DNA of 64,000 bases from Pseudomonadota bacterium (GCA_040384265.1 JAZKJM010000005.1:51166-115165), one strand, 5' to 3'. Positions 39,187-48,218 are shown, counted from the stretch's first letter. Numbers and translations are program-made. Notes: a model not told the origin generated them from the sequence alone.

Positions 39187-39972
39187 CTATTCGGGGATAT
39201 AGCGCTGGACATACCGCGCCTTGAGCTGATCGGTCTGCACGACGATCGAAACATCGCAGGTATTATACGCATAATCGAGCACCGCGCCGTCACCAACGAG
39301 GCCGTTCAGCCGCAGATAACCTTTGATGAGCGGCGGCAGCGCGTTGATGGCGGCGCGCGGCACCACCTGCTCTTTAGGCATCAGCCGCATATCGACATAA
39401 TGCGAGGGCAGCGCTTTCGGGCGCAAGGTTTCCGGCGCCAGATGGTAGTGGTAGAGGTAGGAAAGCGCATGCTGGTGCTCTTTCACGTTCACCCCGTGGA
39501 AGCTGGCGCAGCCGAACATCACGTCAATATCCTTCGCCGCGATAAACGCGCCGATGCCCTGCCACAGCATCTGGATCACCGGCCGTGTGCGGTATTGCTG
39601 CTCCACGCAGGAGCGGCCCAGCTCCATGATCTTGCCGCCGTTGGCTTTGATCGGGCTGATGTCATATTCCGTCTCGGTATAGAAGCTACCGATCATCGGC
39701 ATGTTCGTGCCGGTCAGCAGGCGGTAGGTACCCACCACCCGCGCATCGCCCACGCGGGTATTGTCGATCACGATCAGGTGGTAGCAGGCCTCATCGAACA
39801 TATCGAAATCGCGCTTTTGCTGCTGCACGGCAAGGTTCGCCACACCCCCCATTTCCTCGCAGAAAATGCGGTAGCGCAACCGTTGCGCGGCATGCACATC
39901 CGCCTCGGTTTCGGCGAGGCGCAGCGTCAGGTTGCCCGAATGGATCGGCTCGAATACGGATTCAAAAATCAT
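39187..39972 (-). CDS. olsB: ornithine-acyl-ACP N-acyltransferase (GNAT-like, OlsB family)
   Basis: 261 aa with LRLAETEADVHAAQRLRYRIFCEEMGG, VVGTYRLL, ELGRSCV and FGCASF, which match the OlsB pattern. Confidence 0.8.
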   Translation of the reverse strand: MIFESVFEPIHSGNLTLRLAETEADVHAAQRLRYRIFCEEMGGVANLAVQQQKRDFDMFDEACYHLIVIDNTRVGDARVVGTYRLLTGTNMPMIGSFYTETEYDISPIKANGGKIMELGRSCVEQQYRTRPVIQMLWQGIGAFIAAKDIDVMFGCASFHGVNVKEHQHALSYLYHYHLAPETLRPKALPSHYVDMRLMPKEQVVPRAAINALPPLIKGYLRLNGLVGDGAVLDYAYNTCDVSIVVQTDQLKARYVQRYIPE

Positions 39973-40391
39973 GAGGATACTTTCTCGTCGAGCGGCAGGC
40001 AGAACAGCTCCAGCCGGTGGTCGACCAGCTTGTAGCCCAACTCCCGCGCAATGCGTTCCTGCAGGGCTTCGATCTCGGCATTGGTGAACTCCACCACTTT
40101 GCCGCTGCGCAGGTCGATCAGGTGATCATGGTGCTCGTCGGGCATTTCCTCGTAGCGCGCGCGCCCGTCGCCAAAGTCATGGCGCTCGATGATATGGGCG
40201 TCCTCGAACAGCTTCACGGTGCGGTAAACGGTGGCGATGCTGATATTGGCATCTACCTTGGTGGCGCGCTTGAACAGGGCCTCCACATCCGGATGGTCGC
40301 TCGATTCCGACAGCACGCGCGCGATGACGCGCCGCTGTTCGGTCATCTTCAGGCCCTTCTCGATGCATTTCTTCTCTAAAATACTTGGCAT
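39969..40391 (-). CDS. Fur-family transcriptional regulator
   Basis: MTEQRRVIARVL...ISIATVYRTVKLFED winged helix and an HHDHLID metal site, with no CxxC pairs. Start set at ATG 40391. ATGA overlap with olsB. Confidence 0.8.
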   Translation of the reverse strand: MPSILEKKCIEKGLKMTEQRRVIARVLSESSDHPDVEALFKRATKVDANISIATVYRTVKLFEDAHIIERHDFGDGRARYEEMPDEHHDHLIDLRSGKVVEFTNAEIEALQERIARELGYKLVDHRLELFCLPLDEKVSS

Positions 40392-40521
40392 AAGGCCGTT
40401 ACATAGCCGCAGTTGCGCCCCAAGCGCAAGCATTTCAACCGGTTTAACAACATGGGCATTGCACCATCATTCAGGCAACTTGACCAATCGGCCGCATTAG
40501 GTTAACAAGTGGTTAACAACC

Positions 40522-41088
40522 ATGAACAAAAACGTTCAGGAACCTCTCGGCAACATCGAACTCTCAAGGCCCATCATGAAATCCAAATCCGCCCCGCTTG
40601 CGCTTGTGTCGCCGACTGAACACGTCGCCGTTTCTGCCGACACACTGCTTGCCGCCACGTCGCAAATCGTCAGCGCGTATATCGTCAATCGCCCAACCGA
40701 AGCGCTCGACATCATGGCCCTGACGGCGGATGTGTATAGCATGCTCAGCAGCCTCGCCCAGGGCAACGGCGCCAGCGTCACCACGCCCGGCAGCGCCACT
40801 GGCCGCAAGCCCGTCGTCGCGGTCGAAGACTCCGTGAAAGCCGATTACCTCGTCTGCCTCGAAGATGGCAAACGCGTCAAAATGCTCAAGCGCCATCTGA
40901 AAACGGCCTACAACATGAGCCCCGAGCAATACCGCGCGCGCTGGAACCTGCCAGCATCCTACCCGATGGTGGCCCCCAACTACGCCAAAGTGCGCAGCAA
41001 CCTCGCCAAGCAAATCGGCCTTGGCAAACGCAGCAGCCTGCCCGCCGTCAAAACACGGATGAACGTCGCTGCGGGAAATTTGCGGTAG
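40522..41088 (+). CDS. mucR: MucR/Ros-family transcriptional regulator with a degenerate zinc site
   Basis: C-terminal CLEDGKRVKMLKRHLKTAYNMSPEQYRARWNLPASYPMVAPNYAKVRSNLAKQIGLG. The start may instead be ATG 40576. Confidence 0.8.
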   Translation: MNKNVQEPLGNIELSRPIMKSKSAPLALVSPTEHVAVSADTLLAATSQIVSAYIVNRPTEALDIMALTADVYSMLSSLAQGNGASVTTPGSATGRKPVVAVEDSVKADYLVCLEDGKRVKMLKRHLKTAYNMSPEQYRARWNLPASYPMVAPNYAKVRSNLAKQIGLGKRSSLPAVKTRMNVAAGNLR

Positions 41089-41100
41089 GTCCGTCAGCGC

Positions 41101-41493
41101 TTAATTTTGGTAATTTGTCACCCGCTGCAGCCGATCATGTTCATCAAATTCGATAACCATAAAGTTCACGTCCCAGCTGCGGCATAAGCCTATTGCATAG
41201 GCCATATTATTCTTAGAATAATTTATGTTATCCAATGGATTAGTCTTGCCAAGCAGGCTTTCAACGGTCGCTCTTGTCATGCCTGTTTTCAGAATATTAT
41301 CTTTGATGTCCGTATACATCCCGCATACCTCTGTCGTCTTACGCTGATCCCAGATCGTACGATCGAATTTCTGGCCTCTATAAGCCGCATACCCTCGATA
41401 AGAGAGTGACGCAATAATACATACGAAGAGCAAAGCCATCAATAGAACGAGGCTAACCCAAACCAAACGAATGATTTTTCGAATTCTTCTCAT
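41101..41493 (-). CDS. hypothetical membrane-anchored protein with a BamE/SmpA_OmlA-like motif
   Basis: 130-aa ORF in a visibly AT-rich stretch. N-terminal TM segment. GMTRATVESLLGKTNP resembles the BamE-type fold motif. Confidence 0.5.
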   Translation of the reverse strand: MRRIRKIIRLVWVSLVLLMALLFVCIIASLSYRGYAAYRGQKFDRTIWDQRKTTEVCGMYTDIKDNILKTGMTRATVESLLGKTNPLDNINYSKNNMAYAIGLCRSWDVNFMVIEFDEHDRLQRVTNYQN

Positions 41494-41502
41494 CTTTTTA
41501 TT

Positions 41503-42339
41503 CTACCCCTCATCCAACCCAATATCAACCGCCACGGCTGAATGCGTCAGCTTGCCGACGGAGATGAAATCCACCCCCGTTTGCGCGATGGCGCGCACGG
41601 TTTGCAGGTTCACATTGCCGGAGGCTTCCGCCTTCACGCCCGCCGCATGGGCGCGCTTTACGCCCTCAGCCAGCGTTGCATTGTCCATATTGTCGAGCAG
41701 CACGCAATCCACCCGCGCCGCGATAGCTTCATCAAGCTGCACGAGCGTGTCGCATTCCACCTGCACCGTGGTGCCAGGCGGAATCGCTGCCCGCGCTGCG
41801 TTCACCGCGGCCGTCACACCACCGGCGACGGCGATGTGGTTGTCCTTAATCAGCACCGCATCGTACAGCCCCATGCGGTGGTTCGTGCCGCCGCCGCAGC
41901 GCACGGCATATTTCTGCAAGGCCCGCCAGCCGGGAATGGTTTTGCGCGTATCGAGAATGGTCGCACGCGTGCCAGCCACCGCCGCCACATACTGCGCCGT
42001 CAGCGTCGCCACGCCGGAGAGCGCCTGCACGAGGTTCAGCGCCGTGCGCTCGCCCGCCAACAGCGCCCGCGCGGGGCCTTCCAGCGTGGCAAGGCAGGTG
42101 CCTGCATCCACCGCCGCCCCATCGCCCACATGCAGGGTGACGCACACCTGCGCATCCACCATCGCAAATAATTTCGGCAGGAACACGAGGCCCGCCGTCA
42201 CCAGCGGCTGGCGCGCATTCATCCGGAATACCGCCTGCGCGGATGCCGGAATGGTGGCATTGCCGGTAATGTCGCCCGGGCCAATATCCTCCGCCAGCGC
42301 CGCCGCTAAAATCGCATCCATCTCGAAGGGTGATTGCAT
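41503..42339 (-). CDS. nadC: nicotinate-nucleotide diphosphorylase (carboxylating)
   Basis: 278 aa, QPRTase pattern with ILDTRKTIPGWR and LLDNM. Confidence 0.9.
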   Translation of the reverse strand: MQSPFEMDAILAAALAEDIGPGDITGNATIPASAQAVFRMNARQPLVTAGLVFLPKLFAMVDAQVCVTLHVGDGAAVDAGTCLATLEGPARALLAGERTALNLVQALSGVATLTAQYVAAVAGTRATILDTRKTIPGWRALQKYAVRCGGGTNHRMGLYDAVLIKDNHIAVAGGVTAAVNAARAAIPPGTTVQVECDTLVQLDEAIAARVDCVLLDNMDNATLAEGVKRAHAAGVKAEASGNVNLQTVRAIAQTGVDFISVGKLTHSAVAVDIGLDEG

Positions 42340-42365
42340 AAGGGTGCCTAAGTCATTATCTAGTT

Positions 42366-42455
42366 GTCATTCCCGCGGAAGCGGGAATCCAGTGCGGCGC
42401 GTCGGCGCCGCGATTTTCCCTTAAGGAGCTGGATTCCCGCTTTCGCGGGAATGAC
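42366..42455. repeat. nested-palindrome element (copy f, TTCCCGC subtype)
   Basis: gtcattcccgcggaagcgggaatccag...ctggattcccgctttcgcgggaatgac. Confidence 0.85.
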
Positions 42456-42505
42456 AAGTATAGGTTTAAGAAACAAACACGCAACCATTCACTCTTTTAA
42501 TCCCC

Positions 42506-44284
42506 ATGCACGGCTACACCCTCACCCACCACCGCCTCGACGTCGCCATTATCGGCGCTGGCGGCGCGGGGTTGCGGGCGGCGATTGCGGCGAGCGACGG
42601 CGGCTTGCAGGTCGGCGTCATCAGCAAGGTCGATCCGCGCCGCAGCCACACCATGGCGGCGCAAGGCGGCATCAACGCCGCGCTTGGCACCCGCGGGCCG
42701 GATGATTGGCGCTGGCATATGTATGACACCGTGCGCGGCTCCGACTGGCTGGGCGACCAGAACGCCATCGCCCGCCTGTGCGAGCAGGCCCCGCGCGCCA
42801 TCACGGAACTTGCCGAATGGGGCGTGCCCTTCACGCGTGATGATCGCGGCCAGATTTACCAGCGCCCTTACGGCGGCCAAACCATCGAATATGGCGGCGA
42901 CCCTGCCTTTCGCGCCGCTGCCGCCGAAGACCGCACCGGCCAAGCCATCATGCAGGTGATGCTCAAGCGCGCCACCGCCCGCCCGATCACCTTTTATTCC
43001 GAATTCTTCGCGCTCGACCTGTTGATGGACGAGGATGGCAGCTGCAGCGGCGTGCTTTGTCTTGAAATCGCCACCGGCGACCTGCATGCATTCCACGCGC
43101 CGCTCACCATCATCGCCACCGGCGGTTACGGGCAGGCCTATGCCTCCACCACCGCCGCCAACCTTTGCTCCGGCGATGGCAACGCCATGGTGCTGCGCGC
43201 AGGCCTTGCGCTGCAGGATATGGAATTTGTCCAGTTCCATCCCACCGGCCTGCATGGCTCGGGCATCCTCATCACCGAGGGCGCGCGCGGCGAAGGCGGC
43301 TACCTGCGCAACGGGCTTGGCGAGCGCTTCCTCACCCATTATGCCCCCCACAGCATGGAGCTGGCCTCGCGCGATGTGATCGCCCGCGCCATCATTCAGG
43401 AAATGCGTGCCGGGCGTGGTGCGGGCGCGGCATCCGACCATGTGATGCTCGACCTCACCCACTTGCCTGCCGATATTTTTACCGAAAAACTGCCTTACAT
43501 CACCTCGCTGTGCGAAACGCTGATGGGCCTCAACCCACGCACCACCCTGATTCCCGTGGTGCCGACAGTGCATTACTCCATGGGCGGCATTCCCACCAAT
43601 GTGCAAAGCCAGGTGTTGCGCATCGCGGGCGATAGCGAAACCATCGTCCCCGGCCTGATGGCCATCGGTGAAGCGGCCAGCAATTCCTGCCATGGCGCCA
43701 ACCGCCTGGGCTGCAACTCGCTGCTCGACCTCGTCGTCTTCGGCCGTGATGCGGGGGATTGGGCCGTCGCCAACCTGACCCCAAACGGCACCGCACCGGA
43801 TGCGACCGATGCCACCACCGACCGCGCCATCGCCCGCCTCGACCGCTTGCGCTTCGCCCGGGGCGACGCCTGCCCGCGCGACGTGCGCCGCAGCCTGCAA
43901 GCCACCATGCGCGATTACGCGCCCGTCTACCGCAACGGGCCGGATCTCGCCAAAGGCCACGCCATCCTCACCGATCTCGCCGCGCAGCCGCTTGGCATCG
44001 CCGACCATCACCATGCGTGGAACATCGACCTCATCGCCGCGCTTGAAACCAGCAACCTGCTCGCCCAGGCGCGCGCCACCATGCTCGCCGCCCGCGAACG
44101 CACCGAAAGCCGTGGCGCCCACGCCCGCGAGGATTTCCCCAACCGCGACGACCAACATTGGCTGAAACACTCGCTCACCTGGGTGAACCCCGACACCGCC
44201 GCCCTCACCCACGCCACCCGCCGCGTCAACCTCAACGGCGGTATCGACGCCCCCAGCTTCGCGCCGGAAGTTCGGGCGTATTAA
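42506..44284 (+). CDS. sdhA: succinate dehydrogenase/fumarate reductase flavoprotein subunit (SdhA type)
   Basis: 592 aa with [63 protein letters not shown] and the C-terminal PEVRAY. No sdhB/C/D adjacent. Confidence 0.8.
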   Translation: MHGYTLTHHRLDVAIIGAGGAGLRAAIAASDGGLQVGVISKVDPRRSHTMAAQGGINAALGTRGPDDWRWHMYDTVRGSDWLGDQNAIARLCEQAPRAITELAEWGVPFTRDDRGQIYQRPYGGQTIEYGGDPAFRAAAAEDRTGQAIMQVMLKRATARPITFYSEFFALDLLMDEDGSCSGVLCLEIATGDLHAFHAPLTIIATGGYGQAYASTTAANLCSGDGNAMVLRAGLALQDMEFVQFHPTGLHGSGILITEGARGEGGYLRNGLGERFLTHYAPHSMELASRDVIARAIIQEMRAGRGAGAASDHVMLDLTHLPADIFTEKLPYITSLCETLMGLNPRTTLIPVVPTVHYSMGGIPTNVQSQVLRIAGDSETIVPGLMAIGEAASNSCHGANRLGCNSLLDLVVFGRDAGDWAVANLTPNGTAPDATDATTDRAIARLDRLRFARGDACPRDVRRSLQATMRDYAPVYRNGPDLAKGHAILTDLAAQPLGIADHHHAWNIDLIAALETSNLLAQARATMLAARERTESRGAHAREDFPNRDDQHWLKHSLTWVNPDTAALTHATRRVNLNGGIDAPSFAPEVRAY

Positions 44285-44290
44285 CATCCA

Positions 44291-44977
44291 TTACTTCGTC
44301 TTAAACACCAACGCTTCGCGCAGCACGCCGATGAACAGCTCCAGCGGGTGGGTCATATTGGCTGGGATGGGTGCAAACATGGGGACATTGAGCGGTGTCA
44401 TGGTGAAGGAAGCCGTGCGTGTTTCACCGTTGAGCTGCATGTCCAGTGTCAGCGAAGAAGGGACTTGCGGGGCATAGCTGATGAGCGGCGCATCCGCCGC
44501 CACTGCTGGGCAGCGGGCGCTGCCGGGGAATGGGCTGCAGGTGTTGCTATCGCCCTGCGCGCGCAGCTGCACGGCAGGCACGGGGGAAATCGTTACGATA
44601 TAGCTCTCCGGTGGCGCACCATCGACCGCATACATCGCATCCACCACCGGCGGCAGCACCACGCGGTAGCGGCCCTCATCGCTGCTCAGCGGCTCCAGCG
44701 TCAGCTGGGGGATCGACACGGCATAGGTCTCGTTGCCCGAGATCATCGATAGCGTCGCCCGCGTCACCCCGACGCGAAAATGGAATGGAAACCCCACCGC
44801 CGACACCCCATCCGATTTGAGGGTCATCTGGCGGTTGTTGGCTTTCAGGCGCTGGTTCTGGAACTCGATGCTGGTGCGCACCCGCGCCACATCCGCCGCC
44901 ATGATGCCCGACCAGATGCCATACCATGCCAGCACTACGGCAAGGGCGGCGGCAAAAAGGAAAATAGGTTTACGCAT
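44291..44977 (-). CDS. hypothetical membrane-anchored protein (DUF2125-like)
   Basis: Start at ATG 44977 gives MRKPIFLFAAALAVVLAWYGIWSG...GVSAVGFPFHFRV. The longer ORF to 45448 reads through repeat copy g. Confidence 0.55.
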   Translation of the reverse strand: MRKPIFLFAAALAVVLAWYGIWSGIMAADVARVRTSIEFQNQRLKANNRQMTLKSDGVSAVGFPFHFRVGVTRATLSMISGNETYAVSIPQLTLEPLSSDEGRYRVVLPPVVDAMYAVDGAPPESYIVTISPVPAVQLRAQGDSNTCSPFPGSARCPAVAADAPLISYAPQVPSSLTLDMQLNGETRTASFTMTPLNVPMFAPIPANMTHPLELFIGVLREALVFKTK

Positions 44978-44998
44978 TGGCGGCTCCTTCCCCACTAT

Positions 44999-45067
44999 GT
45001 CACCCCGTCGCATGACGGGGTCCATCGTGCCACAAGGAAGATGGATGCCGTCATGCGACGGCATGAC
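44999..45067. repeat. nested-palindrome element (copy g, CCCCGTC subtype)
   Basis: gtcaccccgtcgcatgacggggtccatcgtgccacaaggaagatggatgccgtcatgcgacggcatgac. Confidence 0.9.
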
Positions 45068-45075
45068 AACTCCTA

Positions 45076-46089
45076 TTACGTCTGAGTGATCGCCGTACTC
45101 GCGATCGCCGTGCTCAGCTCCAGCATGCGGTCGAGCGGTTTGCGGGCGGCGACAATCAGTTCCGGCGAAAGCATCAGCTCCGGCGCGCGGTCGCGCATGC
45201 ACAGGTAAAGCTTTTCCATCGTGTTTAATTTCATGAATGGGCAGGTGTTGCAGCTGATGCAGGCCCCACCATCGAGCACACCGGGGGCGGGATAAAACCG
45301 GCTGCCAGGCGAGCGTTTTTCCATCTGGTGGAGGATGCCCGGTTCCGTCAGCACGATGAATTCCGCACCGGGGTGTTTTTCCGTGAAGCTCAGCAGGCTG
45401 GAGGTGGACCCCACATGCCCGGCATGGGCCAGCAGCGCCTCCGGGCATTCCGGATGGGCGATCACATGCGCCGCCGGATGGGCCACTTTCAGCTTAATCA
45501 GCTCGCGCTCGGAAAACCGCTCATGCACCATGCAGGAGCCATTCCACAGCAGCATATCCCGCCCGGTTTTCTTGTTGAGGTAGCCCCCCAAAAACCGATC
45601 CGGCGCGAAGATAATTTTCTGATCGCGCGGCAGCGAGTTGATGATCGCCTCCGCATTGCTCGATGTCACGATGATGTCGCTTAGCGCCTTAATATCCGCC
45701 GAACAGTTGATGTAAGTAATCGCGATATGCTCCGGGTTCGCCTCGCGGAACGCCTTGAACTGCGCGGGTGGGCAGGAATATTCCAAACTGCACCCGGCAG
45801 CCAGATCCGGCAGCAGCACGGTTTTGGTCGGGTTCAAAATCTTCGCGCCCTCGGCCATGAATTTCACGCCGCAGAACACGATCACATCCGCATCCGTCTC
45901 AGCCGCCCGGCGCGCCAGTTCCAGCGAATCGCCGATCACATCCGCGATGTCCTGAATGTCGTCATCCTGGTAATAATGGGCAAGGATCACCGCGTTCATC
46001 GCGCGCTTCAGGCGCAGGATTTCCTCCTCCAGATTCGGCGGAATCACCCCTTTAGGCGCGGCAGCGCTGGCATCAAGACCCGTTTGCAT
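45076..46089 (-). CDS. nadA: quinolinate synthase
   Basis: [19 protein letters not shown] and HPECP motifs. Start at ATG 46089, or at 46113. Confidence 0.9.
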   Translation of the reverse strand: MQTGLDASAAAPKGVIPPNLEEEILRLKRAMNAVILAHYYQDDDIQDIADVIGDSLELARRAAETDADVIVFCGVKFMAEGAKILNPTKTVLLPDLAAGCSLEYSCPPAQFKAFREANPEHIAITYINCSADIKALSDIIVTSSNAEAIINSLPRDQKIIFAPDRFLGGYLNKKTGRDMLLWNGSCMVHERFSERELIKLKVAHPAAHVIAHPECPEALLAHAGHVGSTSSLLSFTEKHPGAEFIVLTEPGILHQMEKRSPGSRFYPAPGVLDGGACISCNTCPFMKLNTMEKLYLCMRDRAPELMLSPELIVAARKPLDRMLELSTAIASTAITQT

Positions 46090-46196
46090 GGGGGCTATGT
46101 AGTAATAAACCACGGAAAATGCAAGGGTTTGTGCTATGGATTCATTGTCATCGAACTGTCATGCTCCGCCCCTTCCGATTCGGCTAGATTGGCGCC

Positions 46197-47705
46197 ATGA
46201 GCAAGCTTAGCGACAGCAATGCGATTTTTATCGCCAGGAGCGAAGCCTATGCGCCGGCGGATGCCGCCTGCGAGCGCTGGCCGTGGGCCGGAAAGAAGCT
46301 GACCCCGCAATTGCGCCACCTGCTCGGCATGCCGGATGATTGCCACCCCATCCGTATCATCATGTCCGATGAGCAGGATTACCGCGTCGCCGCCAATGGC
46401 TATCTTATGCCATATTATAAAGAATCTACCATTTCCGCCTATCACAGCACCGCGGATACGGTATTGCGCAATGAAGGGCTGATTGTCTCACGCGCCCAGA
46501 ACTTTCATGCCAACAGCCAGCCCGACTTGCGGGTGACACGCACGGCGGAAGACATCAAAACAGCATTCGCTAAATTTTATTCCATGCCCGAAAACGACCA
46601 GATGGAATGCGCCCGCAAAGCGGGCCAGTTCAATGTAGCCATCGGCGCGGCCATCATGCGGCTTGAAACGCTGGGCCGCATCATCACCCAAAAGAATGGG
46701 TATGGCGTCAAAATCGAATATGACGACATACGCAACGCCGCAGATATCCAGCCCGCGCGGATTAAAGACCTCAAAAAAGAGTTCTGGGGGATCTATAAAA
46801 TGTTGAGCGATGAGAGCCTGCACCCGCTGCTGCGCTGCATGCGCCTCAATGACAAAGAGCGCGACCACGACGGCATCCTGATCGACCTCATCCGCGAAAT
46901 CGGCAAGCCCCTTGAGGCTAATTACCTGGATGTAGAAACCCATGTGCGGGATGCGATTGTCACCAAAATCGGCAATGCGATGGAGTCGATCGACCAGGTG
47001 CATGACCGTCTGGTACAGGCCATAACACAAGAACCGACCGCTACATTATTCAACGCGGCTGTTCAAAAATTTATCCGCCAGCAGGGCGAGCATTTTAAAA
47101 TCAGCGGTGTCGCCGATATCGTCAAACACCTCGATCGCTATGCCGATCTATGCAAGGCCCGCGCCGGCATCCGCGGTGAAGACCCAGCGGGCTACGACGA
47201 TGTTTTTAGCCAGCACTCCGCCCTCGATGAGCTATTCAATAGCCGCCCGAGCGGCCTGCTCGACTCCATGCACCCGGCTGGCAGCACACAGGCCGCGGCA
47301 ACAGAAGAACTGCGCAGCTTGCTGGAACGCGGCATTAAAATGATGGATCGCAGCGCCTCCTCGCGCATTGCCTGCAATGCAAAGGCCCCGGAAATCTGGA
47401 TACCTCCCCTCACCCATGACACGGATGTGATGCTGCCGATGGATCGCTATCTCGTTCCGCAATCCCACCGGGAGCGCATTAGCAAAACCTATCAGCGGGC
47501 TGCCGCCATCGCCGAACGCGACGAGAACACGAACAACCCACGCCTTTTGTTCCTGAAACAAGAATTTTGCAGCCTCGGCATCCTTACCTACGATCTCAAC
47601 GCGCTGTGCGAGCGCCTTGAGAAATCTGCCGGAAAAGACCGGATACAAGACATCATCGCCAAAGGGCGGGGCTCAGCCAACCCCAACTTGGCTTCCACGC
47701 GTTAA
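46197..47705 (+). CDS. hypothetical protein (502 aa, orphan)
   Basis: Long uninterrupted ORF with visibly lower GC than its neighbours. No signal peptide, TM segment or domain recognised. Confidence 0.6.
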   Translation: MSKLSDSNAIFIARSEAYAPADAACERWPWAGKKLTPQLRHLLGMPDDCHPIRIIMSDEQDYRVAANGYLMPYYKESTISAYHSTADTVLRNEGLIVSRAQNFHANSQPDLRVTRTAEDIKTAFAKFYSMPENDQMECARKAGQFNVAIGAAIMRLETLGRIITQKNGYGVKIEYDDIRNAADIQPARIKDLKKEFWGIYKMLSDESLHPLLRCMRLNDKERDHDGILIDLIREIGKPLEANYLDVETHVRDAIVTKIGNAMESIDQVHDRLVQAITQEPTATLFNAAVQKFIRQQGEHFKISGVADIVKHLDRYADLCKARAGIRGEDPAGYDDVFSQHSALDELFNSRPSGLLDSMHPAGSTQAAATEELRSLLERGIKMMDRSASSRIACNAKAPEIWIPPLTHDTDVMLPMDRYLVPQSHRERISKTYQRAAAIAERDENTNNPRLLFLKQEFCSLGILTYDLNALCERLEKSAGKDRIQDIIAKGRGSANPNLASTR

Positions 47706-48218
47706 CCGCGGCAATAGCGCCAGCAAATCGACGCGTTTGAGGGCGATGCAGCCTTCCGTCCCCACCCCGTCATCACGCATCAGATGCATAAAAATCGCAC
47801 TGCCGTGGCCGGGAATGATGGGCCCATCGTTATAGCCCAGCGGGATGATGAGGTCATACACATGATCCTCGCGCCACAGCCGCTCGTGGCGGGCGGCGAA
47901 GGGCAATTTCACCGGCTGATTATACAGCGGATGTGCTGGATCATCGCACCAGCCATCGTCCGGCGTCAGGGCGGTGAGTGGCAGGGCCGTGATGGGCGCA
48001 TCCATGCGGTCAGGCCGATAATAGCAGCCCCGCAGCGCGAAGCGGCCGGTTGGCGTCATCAGGTCACCCTCGCGCTTCATGCCTGCCGCCGCAATGCCGC
48101 CGCGGCCGATAGCGCAGGCATACTCCACCCCATCCACCAGAAGCGTGGTCAGGCTGAGAAGGCGGATTTCCTGGATCGGCTGCATGGGCCCATGGTAGGA
48201 TTTCATCCGCCCGCGCAC
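47673..48218 (-). CDS. L,D-transpeptidase catalytic-domain family protein
   Basis: HGSAIFMHLMRDDGVGTEGCIAL matches the YkuD H...S/T-x-GC active-site pattern. Start uncertain (M1, M5 or M12). Confidence 0.65.
   Translation of the reverse strand: MRGRMKSYHGPMQPIQEIRLLSLTTLLVDGVEYACAIGRGGIAAAGMKREGDLMTPTGRFALRGCYYRPDRMDAPITALPLTALTPDDGWCDDPAHPLYNQPVKLPFAARHERLWREDHVYDLIIPLGYNDGPIIPGHGSAIFMHLMRDDGVGTEGCIALKRVDLLALLPRLTRGSQVGVG

Noticed and set aside
42506-44284. Calling this gene nadB (L-aspartate oxidase) from its position between nadC and nadA
   Set aside because: The sequence motifs, the length and the C-terminus are those of SdhA/FrdA, not NadB. Gene context alone is insufficient, so the discrepancy is kept as a finding instead.
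42497-44287. 596-aa minus-strand ORF opposite the SdhA-type gene
   Set aside because: It mirrors the plus-strand gene almost end to end. Its composition is Gly/Ala/Arg-rich with no domain, while the plus-strand frame has textbook flavoprotein motifs.
44999-45067. Whether the ~69-nt cloverleaf-like repeats are tRNA genes
   Set aside because: There is no GTTCRANYC T-loop, no D-loop consensus, no 7-nt anticodon loop geometry and no CCA/discriminator context. The arms are near-identical inverted copies of each other, which tRNAs are not.
44978-45448. N-terminal extension of the 44291 ORF (385 aa as listed); the same issue affects purK at 62437-62526
   Set aside because: The extensions read straight through palindromic repeat copies g and h, giving the near-identical peptide (H/R)DGIHLPCGTMDPVMRRGD in two unrelated proteins. 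Plausible ATG starts lie just downstream of the repeats.
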